NCBI GenBank assembly: GCA_964035545.1
Contig: CAXIUT010000157.1
Span: 1 to 20,305 of the forward strand
DNA from: Bugula neritina
Taxonomy: Eukaryota; Animalia; Bryozoa
Direction of reading: 5' to 3'
DNA: 20,305 bases
Part shown: positions 10,345 through 20,305 of the stretch, piece after piece
Numbering within the stretch: the stretch's first letter is position 1
How the letters are laid out: every line of letters begins with the position of its first letter
Program-made: the position numbers and the translations under genes
The notes under the pieces: generated by a model
The model's database searches: none
Seen by the model: the letters and a program-made list of their open reading frames with translations, nothing else
What the model was told of the DNA's origin: nothing

Positions 10345-12556
10345 ATGTACAAACAAACTAAATAAAAAGCTAAAAGAGAATAACGATCATCATAGGAGTT
10401 ACTTTTCTAAATTCGTAATCTACTGACTCCTGTACCCAAATAAACTACCCATAAACATATGAATGCAGATGAAATTGAAGATATTCTTAAAGAGTCGTTC
10501 GAGAACTATAAGCTAATCCAAAACAAAAGCTAAAAACCTCATCTAAAACAAAGAGCACAGGAAGCTGTCAACATCGTTCAAACTAAACATCCACAACAGT
10601 TCATTCAGAATTATACATAACAAAAAGTATATTCTGAAATGTTTTTCAACTTAAGAGGACCTCTTCCGGAATAATAATAAGAATCTTTTCAGAGATAAAG
10701 ATAGGAATTGTTAAGGCAAAGAGAAATTGAACTTGAGGAGGATAGAAAAAGAGAATAAATGGTCATTGCTAGCCGTAAAAAGATTTCTCAATTATTAAAC
10801 AAATTAACTTCCTATGTCAGCTATTTCTGAATTCACTATGAGAGAAGGATAAGCAGCTATGCCCTATCTACTGAATCAAGCAGCTGAAAAGCAACATAAA
10901 TCGACTAATAACTTGATTCGATAAGTTGAATAGCTATAATTATAAAATAAGTTTGAAGAACTCAAGAAACATTCTTTGAACCCTTCAAGTAGTTCAAGGT
11001 TAATTAAACAAGGAGATGATATAGTTTTTGAGATCATTGATGAGGATAATCATATCAATGAAAAAGATTTTAAGCATAAAATGGAACAAAATATTCAAAA
11101 TGTTCTCAAACGTTCTCCAAGATTTGTACAGGCTTTTAAGTGTTTATTATAAAAAAATATAGCTCTTAATAAATATCAAAATGAAGATATTTCTTCAATG
11201 AGAAATAGAAATTCTTTGATTCGCAGCGATGCTCTTTACAACTACCCTACTCAAACTCAAATTTATCCTGAAAGTAAGAATCGTCCTTAAACTTTAGCTG
11301 AATTAACTAGATCATATAAAAGCAAGGGAATAGTTTATAAGATAAATCGGAGGAAAAATCAGTATCAAAAGAATAAAAAATTATATCATAAAGAATAGTA
11401 AATAAAATGAATGGATAAAGTACTGAATTTCATTCTAAAAAGATCATTCTAAAAGAAGATTAGTTAATTTGGTGTATGTAAGATGAATAAATTACAAAAT
11501 AAAGTAAAAAAAGTTATCTTGATTGTTCAACAAATCAAAGTTATCAAGTGTTATAAAGAAGAAGGAGGCATTCTAAGCAAAACTAAAACTTAAGTTGAGG
11601 TTGTCCATCTTAAAGGAAAAAATAGAGATATTAAATTTGAAAAGAATCATCTTTAAGGAAATTAACTTTATAAATAGCTTTGTATTTTGATGGCTCAAAG
11701 ACTACTACACTTAAATACAATTTTAACTGGCAGTATAAATTAAAAACTAATCGATTTTGTGAACAATCCTAAAGCAAAAACATTCTCTTTAGCATAAAAT
11801 TTTTTTACATGATTACTAAAAATATCCCGACAATAACTATAAACTAATGATAATAAATATCCTTTCAGCTTTATTTCCAATGAGAAACATAAGTAACAAC
11901 TCTTGACCTGAGCAACGTACAATTTAACATCTTATAAACAGCTACAATAATCAAAGGCATCCAGCCGTTAACCAAATTAAAGAAGATATTCTTAGACTAA
12001 ATTTAGTAATTAATCTTTTGGAAGTCTAATGACATTTATATCTAAACTTGTCTGGCAATAGTTAGATATAACTCTTTCTTCTTGTTTTATTAGTGATTAG
12101 CTATTAAATAAAACAAGATAAATTATTATCAAATGCACTAACATACAAAAACTTGATCTATCTGATAACAACATCACGATGAATGGCTTCGGAGTGCTAA
12201 CCTAATTAGTTTCCCAACCTAGAGAACACATGACCTAATTTAAAATCAGCAAATCAAAAATCCAAAATCTGATTACTCTTGGAGAATTCATTCGAAAAGG
12301 ATAGGATTTGGAAGTTATTTATGCCTAAGATTGTGGTTTTAGCTTTGATAGTGATGAGTAAGTATCTTCTTTCTTTAAATGTTGTAGGGAAAGTCATCTA
12401 AAAAAGCTGTCTTTGTTGAAAAATTAATTAGTAAATAATTTACATCCTTTTGAATAGTTTTGGACAACTGAATATCCAAAGGAAATCTAGATGGATGTGG
12501 GTACTTTTGCTGAAAAGACTTCTAGAAATATTCAAGGCAAGTTGTTATAATATTGA
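10345..12556 (+). CDS. Large protein with coiled-coil N-terminus, PH-like domain and C-terminal leucine-rich repeats; exon/frame structure unresolved
   Basis: ATG 10345. PH-like segments KSKGIVYKIN / FHSKKIILKEDELIWC / VILIVQQIKVIK / HLKGKNRDIKFE / ELYKELCILM. LRR units VTTLDLSNVQF, IQKLDLSDNNIT, LKKLSLLKNEL. TGA 12554-12556. Needs a candidate 23-nt intron (11398-11420) and +1 shifts near 10760-10830, 11500, 11800, 11890 and 12000. Confidence 0.55.
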
Positions 12557-12787
12557 TTGAATAAAATAATATTAAAGTTTATATTAAATAATATGTGATG
12601 ATAATTAGCTGCGTACAATTGACTTATGATACTATGTTCTGCAATTCTGATCAATAACTTACCCTATCAATATTATTTTACTCTAAAAAATCAATGATCA
12701 AATTGATTTGATTTTAGGTGAGCAACTTGTTGAATGCTTCTTGAAACAATCATCATTGATAGTATTTTATTTAATAAGAAATGTCAA

Positions 12788-14073
12788 TCACTATTTATTT
12801 CTCACATTGTTTAGGGCAGCTTTCAACTTTTATTGTCGCTACAACATTTATTCGAGATTTTATCCTTTGGATTCATACTAGATATCAATGTTTTCTTATT
12901 TATTTGCTTTTAATTCTGCAAAATAGTCTTTCTTATAGCTATTTTACTCTTGATTCAGCTATTAATCTTCGTATTGGATATCTTTCTCGCCTTTATTAGC
13001 ATGACTACAACTTTGCTATGAGAAATCTAAGGGAATTTCTTCAGAACGACTGACTGTTTTCGATAAACTTTGATCTAAAGGTAGCAAATGAATAGTTTTT
13101 CCAGCTATGAGAACGATCAAATTTTAATCAATTGAGATATCAAAAGATGAAAGAACCTAAATATAATAAAAAAAAAACTTGTTTTTGATTTTTATTGAAA
13201 AGAACCTTCAAGCATCCAGCTTTGATTGAAGTATTCACTCCATAGAGAGTTCTATCACTACCCAAAAGAACTAACTGTCCTGAATAGCTAAACTGAAGAT
13301 GTAAAATTGATTGAAAAGGAAGTTAAGCCATATGACATCCTAATTATCCTTCGTTATTTTTATTTAATATGAAAAGCCATCTTGCTTTACCACTAAATAT
13401 AAATAATATTACTGGATTGCAATTGTTTTTCCACAAGTAGAAGCAGCTATTTTCATATCTGGAATGGTAAATGGAAGTTTGAAAAAAGAAAATAACTTTA
13501 GAGAAGAACTTTCTAGCACTCTAACTTATCCATTTCTCAGAAGGATACCAATATAACTATTATTGCCAAGGAAACATGCACCAACGAAGATCTCATCATT
13601 TTTTGCTTTGACTGATTTGATTTTTTGTTTTTTATCAACAAGAAGCACGATTTTGTATTAAGCCAAAAGAGTGGTATCAGTGAGTGAGTTCTTTTGGAAG
13701 TTAACAAGTTTATTGAGACAAGGATTGAATAATCGACATATTTTTTTGTTTTAAAAATGAATATGCAACAGTTCTGAGTTGCTAGCCACAGCTGTAATAG
13801 ATAGACTGCTTTGACCTACTTTAGAGATAGAGTACTATTGGGATGGAATTGTTGAAGTTTACAAGTTGATAAAGTAGAAACAGATTTATCAGTAAGGTGT
13901 AGACATGTTAGTTTTCCTGCTGAATCAAGTAGATAGAGTCTTTATTTATCAATTGTTAGTTTGGATTGAACTAATTATTGAACCTTATCGAGCTGAATAG
14001 TTTTGGAAGTTAGTTCTTTGCCATCTTAATAGAACCTTCCGAATCTAGAAGAAGAAAGCAGACTTGAATGCAT
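12788..14073 (-). CDS. Beta-propeller (WD40-like) protein with acidic coiled-coil tail (~407 aa), three introns
   Basis: ATG 14073; introns 13816-13835, 13393-13412 and 13157-13178; TGA 12788-12790. Blade-like strands RLYLLDSAGKLTCL, IGILLRNGEVRVL, LQFSYSGQLVLLGSD, FDISIDENLIVLIAG. Confidence 0.68.
13157..13178 (-). other. 22-nt intron (GT...poly-T...ATATATTTAG)
   Basis: The unspliced frame hits TGA immediately; removal continues the ORF. Length is uncertain because of an 11-nt homopolymer. Confidence 0.7.
13393..13412 (-). other. 20-nt intron (GTAATATTATTTATATTTAG)
   Basis: GT-AG, 20 nt; restores the frame. Confidence 0.85.
13816..13835 (-). other. 20-nt intron (GTACTCTATCTCTAAAGTAG)
   Basis: GT-AG, 20 nt; restores the frame. 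Confidence 0.78.
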
Positions 14074-14172
14074 TTTATCCAATCAATATGAAATATAGCA
14101 CTTAGATTATTGTAACAGTCATACCTATCAATATATTTTATTAATTTATAATATTTGACCTTGAGTAAAAGA

Positions 14173-15012
14173 TCATTGATGGACGTTTTCAATTACAAAA
14201 ACATTCCTAAAGAGTTCAATTATTTCTTTCAGCGACAACTATAGCATTAAAGGATAAATTTTAACTGTCTCAGCTGTTCCATTTAAATAGTATGGTTTCA
14301 GGGCTACTAAAGGTGTTTCTTCTTATCCAAGTTTGAGTTTCTTGTCTGCTTATCCTTCAGCCATTACTACTATAAAATCTTTATTAGTCAAATGATTGTG
14401 AAGTTTTTGGAAAATGTTCTATCTTTATTTCTATGTGTCTCCACAGTGACGTAAACTATTTTTACCTGTTAATTATAACAATATTTGATTGATTCCTATG
14501 TTAAGAATTCCTTTATAACAATATCTGAATTTAGAATATGCCTTTTAGAGGAAAGAATAAGGACTGAAAGAAGCTAAAGGAACTCCATCGATGAAGGGCA
14601 ATAAATTATCAACCAATACATATCTTTTATCTTTTTAGTTGATATAAAATTAGAAGATAAAGGGAACACTGGATTCTAAATATTAACTATTTTACATTAT
14701 TTAAGAGGTTGTAACTAAGGAATGTGCAACTTGAATCCTTCTTTTTGATTGTGAATAGCTAGCAGTTCACATAAAGGTACTACCATACATCTTTTCATTG
14801 GATATTGTCTATTTTAATGCTATTTAGCTGATAAAAAGTTGACTTGCAGATACCTCGTTCCATTTCAGAGTCTCAAGTATTGGCCAACCTTTAGGTAAGA
14901 TATTATCATAGTAAAGAACTGAATAGAGACCATTTGGACTAGCATCATTAGGACCAAAATCTGTATCTATCCACTTTTATCCTTTTTTCAATTGTTTTTG
15001 AATAACATTCAT
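14173..15012 (-). CDS. Degenerate calpain-family (CysPc) domain, in frame with upstream UFL1
   Basis: KGEKWIDTDFGPND...LKW, FEFYINEKDKRYVLVDNLLP, FLEKAYSKFRYCYKGI...ILLELTG and LVALKPYYL correspond to calpain motifs (DxDFxP, VxVDDxLP, LEKAYAK, DLTG, GLVxGHAY). Intron 14676-14695, one +1 break at ~14770-14860, TGA 14173-14175. Confidence 0.75.
14676..14695 (-). other. 20-nt intron (GTAAAATAGTTAATATTTAG)
   Basis: GT-AG, 20 nt; leads into the calpain-motif frame. Confidence 0.75.
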
Positions 15013-16427
15013 ATTGATGTTCAAACTTTACTCAGTTCTAAGAATGGTTTTACAAGACTTGTATTTAAGGAATGAACTTGAAATTAATCCTTTACTCTGT
15101 GCTAAATCTTTTTCTATGCTCTTTTTTAGTTATTCTAATTTATGAAGTAAAAGATCTAATAACTACTAAGAAAGATTTTCTGCTGACGAATAGTCAGTAT
15201 ATCCACAGTTAAACAACACTTCTTGTAGTTATTGCTGTGTTATAAGCTCAGTTTTTTCTTTTTTACCCTTCTTTTTTGCATCTTTTCCTTTGGGATCAGG
15301 TTTTTTGAAAAAAATAGTATGAATAATTTTATGTTTAAATTAATTTGCAAGTCGATCAAGCCATTAGTTTGAATAGATAAATCCTTAATATAAAAAGTAG
15401 TCTTTTAGTCCACATTTTTCTTAAAGGAAGTAGTGAAGTTCTTTTTAATCCAAGTCGATGGGCATAACTTGACTTAGTTCAAGATATCCTTAACTTTTAA
15501 GCCCAGATGTAACCTGAGCAGCTAGAGTTTCTAGTTTTGTTTATTCGAAATACATGTTATTTATTTTAATAAAATTGTTTTCAAGGTTTTTTTCAATCCA
15601 TTCTTCAGGTTTCATTATCAAAAATTTCTTTCTAAGCATATCTGTATCAATATATCCATTATTTGCAAGGAACTGAGTGACTAATCGCTTTTGATTGAAA
15701 GTAAAATGGGCTGGGATATAGTAGCCATTTGCATATTTGCCTTTTAATTTTCCTTAATCAAGTAGTTATAAGAGTAAAATTTCTGTATTTTTAGGATCAC
15801 TTTCCACTGTTTTATAGAGTACTTCGAATTGTAGAGGGTTATTGATGGCACTTAGAAATCCTAAAATTTTAGCTTTTTCAAGTAAAGTATACTCTTTTGT
15901 AATAAGTTGTTTCCCTGATAATTAAGCTTTAAGTTTTTAAAGGTTTTGAGCAACTAATTTGTCCATAAACTATAGTTTAAGATCATGTTCAATAGCAAGA
16001 TGTTCTAGATCTACTTTACCTTACTCCTATAATTGTTGTTTAAGAGCGATGATCAGATTATCAAAGTACTTATTAGAAAATAAATTAAGACCATTTCTAG
16101 CAATATTTTATCTTTGCATTAACCCATTGACTCTGCTTTCAACTAATTCTGGACCGATGTTAAGTAGTTGTGGAAGCATATCTACATTAAAAGAAAAATA
16201 CTTAATCCTATTTTACCTCTCTACTTGACTAAGCTAGATATTTAAAAATCAAGTTGTGAGGGAGTAATGTATTAGTTATTATCGGTGGTAGGTATAAAAG
16301 CAAAACCTTTATGATGTAGTTTGACCATAATTTAGGCAACTGTCCGTTCAGATAAAGGGTTGGTTTTCTCTTCCTGAACAGACATTAGTTCTCTTTGCAG
16401 CAATTAAAGTTCAAGATCGATGTCCAT
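15013..16427 (-). CDS. UFL1: E3 UFM1-protein ligase 1 homolog (N-terminal ~460 aa); no in-frame stop before the calpain-like region
   Basis: MDIDLELELLQRELMSVQEEKTNPLSERTVAEIMVKL...TTDNNEYITPSQLDFEI...ERGKIGL matches the UFL1 N-terminus (LSERNCIEIV...DGKEYITP). Later YIPAHF...FLANNGYID and a KGKDAKKKGKK basic patch. Intron 16182-16201. Confidence 0.88.
16182..16201 (-). other. 20-nt intron (GTATTTTTCTTTTAATGTAG)
   Basis: Removal restores the UFL1 frame. Confidence 0.9.
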
Positions 16428-16585
16428 GAAATAATGAAATTTATAATATCAACATTGACACCATGATAGATATCAAATAATATTTAAATTCAAAAAATTA
16501 TCATTTTTTAAACTTTAGCTAAATATCTGGTTTTAATGATCAGATATTTAGATTATAATTATATCTTTTGAAAAATATTATAATC

Positions 16586-17968
16586 ATGCGCATCCTTTTT
16601 GACCTCAAAAAAGTCAATGGCAAGTTCAACTATAAAGGACGCATAAGACTCAGACTGAAAGTATATTTTATATAATCAGATTGACTAATCTCTTACTATT
16701 CTCTCGGAATTAAGCAACTACAACAGTGGTAGTTATGCCTTTCTAGAAAAATAAATTGTCAAAATTGTCAAATTTAGCTAACAAGCTTCAGTCTAGATCT
16801 CTCTTTTAGCTGAGACTGGAGTTTTACTCTGTCAAATAACTATATTCTATGCTAAATTTGTATAATTATTATTATTAAGCGTGACTTAAATAGTATCTAA
16901 GTCAGACACTAACAGGAAGTCTATAAAGTTTACTATAAATTGACAGAACTTGCAGACGATGACGATTAGGATCTCATAAGAAATACTCTTATTAGAACTA
17001 GCTCAAATGAAAAAGGTTTTTAGCAATCTCAAGAATCAGGAAAACTGGAAATACTCAAACTAGGAGTATTAATGTATGAATTCGCCCAAAGACTTGACCC
17101 ACTTATTTACATATACAAAGGAATAATCGATATCTTAACTTGGAAAAGTCCATATAAAACGATATCTCTGGGTATTCTACTTACTTTAGTTATCTACAAT
17201 TTGAAAACAACAATAGTCATTGTTGGTTTGTTACTTTATTTCGGAAAAGCTTTTCTCTTCAAGAAACTCTACAAATTACAACCATTTAAAAACATTCATA
17301 AACGAATCATAGTTCCATAATAAAACGCCTATTTTCTTCAACAAAGCATGGACAACTATTGCCTAGTATATTCCAACCTAAATTAATTTCTATTTAATGA
17401 AGACAAAACTGTCCTCATCAACATCATCAATCTTTTTTGTAAATTAGGTATATTTCTCACAATTTTACTCTTCTTCTTTGGAATAGATCATTTAGTCGTT
17501 ATTGGACTATGGACTGTTCTTTTCATGACTAGTCCTTATAGAAATTCAGCTCTCAAATATGTCAAACCGTTGATGCAGTTTGTCGTTGGGTAGTATAGTA
17601 AAATTGTTGATAAAATATCTTTAGGGATATCTAATGTACTTGGTAATGGATCAGAAATTGAAAATAACTATGTGCAAAAGGAATTTTACTTCTATAAATA
17701 TTAAAGATGGTGGGTTCTCAAGGGATGGCTCGATTAAACCAAAAAGTTTTCAGACTAAGACTATGAATGCATAGTTATTCCAAAAGAAGATCCTCCAGAA
17801 GGATGGGCTTGGGTTTAAGAGTGGAAAATCGACCTCTCTGGTGAAATGGATCCAGATGGTTATCAATACACCAACGATATAAAGACTTCTTTCGATGCCA
17901 ATCATACTTTGGCTGTCAGGAGAAGAAGAAAATGGAAAAGGACTTGCCAGCAATTGAAACCTGAATGA
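16586..17968 (+). CDS. Pex30/Pex24-like membrane protein: putative C2-like N-terminus, reticulon-like hairpins, C-terminal DysF domain (~447 aa), two introns
   Basis: ATG 16586; introns 16661-16679 (19 nt) and 16860-16879 (20 nt); TGA 17966-17968. ILTWKSPYKT followed by two long hydrophobic stretches; DysF signature YERWWVLKGW...PPEGWAWVEEWKID...DPDGYQY...VRRRRKWKRTC. Confidence 0.85.
16661..16679 (+). other. 19-nt intron (GTATATTTTATATAATCAG)
   Basis: GT-AG; the unspliced frame stops at TGA just downstream. Confidence 0.75.
16860..16879 (+). other. 20-nt intron (GTATAATTATTATTATTAAG)
   Basis: GT-AG, 20 nt; joins to the frame of the transmembrane region. Confidence 0.82.
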
Positions 17969-18071
17969 TAAGCGAGATAAATAGCTTAATTAATAAGTAT
18001 AATCATTTTAATTAAATCTATAATAAAGATACTTGAAATATAAACTAATAAGATAAAATTAACTTTATGAA

Positions 18072-19841
18072 TCAGTTCCCAAAATAGAGTTTAAAGATAA
18101 TTCTTATAATTTTCGAAAGAACATCTGTTTTGCAATTTGACAGCCACATTTTGAGATCAGAATAATCTATTTTATCAGCAGTTATTTTCTTTTCATTGAG
18201 GTAGTCTTCAAAAACTGTTGATATTTATCCATGATTTTCGAATAATTGATTATAAGCATGACATATAACCAACATAGTCATTGTATAATATATTTTATTA
18301 CCTTTTATATTAGTAGATTTAAGTGCATCAATATATTTAGAGTAGGCACTACTTGTTGATTTCCTATAAGATTGCTTGAACTCAGAGAAATCTTTTTCAT
18401 TAATAGTTAGTTGAAATGAATTCAAGAACTCTTTGTTGAATTATGCTATATATTCTTTAAATGGTTCACATTGATCGTAAATGACTATAAATTTTAATTA
18501 GTATTGACAAAGATCCTAATTGATTTCTATTATTAGATCTTTATAAGGTTGAGTATGCGAATATTATTACCATTTAGCACCAGGATATTCTTTGGATAAA
18601 ATTTAAACGGAACATTCTATTCTAAATCTTCTTAGAAGAATCAGATAATATTTATATATATTATAGCTGAGAGATAAACGTTAGGCAGCTTTGAGTACTC
18701 TACCATCATTGATAAATAATTATGCGCTATCTCTAAGATAATCTATTTGATCTTTTTTACCTCCTAGAAGTTGCTATTATTTTGCAAATTATTTTGTATT
18801 TGAGTGAATTCTGCTTAGTTCTACAGGAATATTCTACTATTATTATTCTAATTTAGATTTTTCTTCCTAACTAATCTATTCCTTGATTGGTTTATCTTAT
18901 TTTTCTTTATCTAAAGATTTTTTTTTCTATATTTATCCAGAAGATATTCTAAATATTTTAATTTTTTGACTATACATAATTTTAGATTTCTCTAAAACTT
19001 TAACAAAATGTTTAGCAAAAATAGGGTGTTCCTGGATCTCAGCAAAAGTTATTCTAGTTGTAGGATTGGGATCAAACATTCTTTTAAAAAGATCTTCAAC
19101 ATCAGGAGTACAATTTTAGACTATTTTAAGTTTAGTATGAGAAACAAGTTCTTTATAACTGAAATTTAATGCTGCTTTTTTCAGTTATTTTCCTTTTACC
19201 AATTCACTAGCATTGCGGTTTATTCTAAATGGCATTTGATTATTAAGAAGTTCAAAAAAAATAACACCAAAAGACCACATATCAACTTCAAATCCATACT
19301 CTTATTCTAGAAAAACCTCTGGGGATTTATAATATTCTGTTCCGAGATTGGTTCCCTGTACATCTTTATGCTGTTTGCTAAATCCAAAATCAGTAAGCTT
19401 AAAGGTATATTTTCCATTTTATTCCTTAGCTAAAATATTTTGAGGCTTAAGATCTCTATGAAGATACCCCTAACTATGAAGGTGCTCAAGTCCTCTGATA
19501 ACATCAGAAAGTAGACAAGTTGCTTCCTACAAGTTAAGTGTTTTTAATTTTTTAGTTGACATGTATTTGAAGATATCTCCTCCATTGCAAAACTACATAA
19601 GTAGATATAGGGATTTTTAATCTCTACTTTTCTAAAAAAGTTTAGCAATGTAAGGAGAGTTCATTGTCTACATGCACTTGATTTAATTAACGAGGCATTT
19701 TTGAAGATAGGGATCATTTTTTGTTTGATAAAGAGACAATATTTTAAGAGCATACTCTTTATTCCCTTCCAAAACCAAGTAAACCTTTCCAAAGGCTCCT
19801 GAACCTAGAGTTCTTTTGATTTTTAGCTTTTCGAGAAACAT
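18072..19841 (-). CDS. Serine/threonine protein kinase (~589 aa) with helical C-terminal extension
   Basis: Intronless frame from ATG 19841 to TGA 18072-18074. LGSGAFGKVY, YALK, alphaC NEI, MEFCNGGD, HRDLKPQN, DFG, SPE, DMWSFG. Loosely ULK/ATG1-like; subfamily not certain. Confidence 0.95.
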
Positions 19842-20236
19842 CAGATAATTATATTCTTAAAAAATTAGAGTTGAGTTACATAAATCATAAAGCTTAATAT
19901 TATTTCTACTTATAAATCTATAGTTTAAAATAGAATAAAAATAATATTTATTGATATTTTATTATTCTCATTAATTTTGAACTTTTTAGGATTGATAAAG
20001 ATCGATTAATAAAAGATATTTTTTACATATTTGAAATATTTATTGATTAAATAAAATATTTTAGAGATAATTTAAATAAGAAATAATGTATTAACTAAAG
20101 GTTTTGCTAGAAATAAAGAATTAAAATAGTTTGACTATTAAAGTGATTTTATTTGATAATATTTTAAAACAGGCATAAAATTTTTATAAAAATATTCTGA
20201 ATCTTCAACACATCAATATTTTAAAATAATAAATAT

Positions 20237-20305
20237 GGGGTTGGGGTTGGGGTTGGGGTTGGGGTTGGGGTTGGGGTTGGGGTTGGGGTTGGGGTTGGGG
20301 TTGGG
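20237..20305 (+). repeat. Right telomere, (GGGGTT)n
   Basis: Perfect G4T2 array at the window end, preceded by ~395 nt of very AT-rich non-coding DNA. Confidence 0.97.

Noticed and set aside
14130-14175. TGA read-through (Trp) joining the calpain domain to the beta-propeller gene
   Set aside because: A second in-frame TGA follows within 15 codons in AT-rich spacer-like DNA, and conserved Trp residues elsewhere use TGG.

Overview
AT-rich ciliate macronuclear DNA. It is capped by (CCCCAA)n at the left end and (GGGGTT)n at the right end, with a third G4T2 tract inside at 7108-7206. The supplied ORF track is largely misleading because TAA and TAG are sense codons here. At invariant positions of several conserved proteins both align with glutamate, which matches the peritrich nuclear code (NCBI table 30) rather than the Gln code of Tetrahymena/Paramecium; TGA is the only stop. 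Read with that code and tiny GT-AG introns (ten of exactly 20 nt), the window is gene-dense with about 12 genes: B-box/coiled-coil protein, mitochondrial folate/FAD-type carrier, coiled-coil protein, PKA regulatory subunit, long coiled-coil protein, DHX35-like DEAH helicase, HP1-like chromo/chromoshadow protein, PH-like/LRR protein, beta-propeller-like protein, UFL1 running in frame into a degenerate calpain domain, C2-like/reticulon/DysF (Pex30/MCTP-like) protein, and a Ser/Thr kinase. Genes between about 7.4 and 14.9 kb have several unexplained 1-nt frame breaks, most likely sequence errors. All calls come from manual translation and motif recognition; no searches were run.
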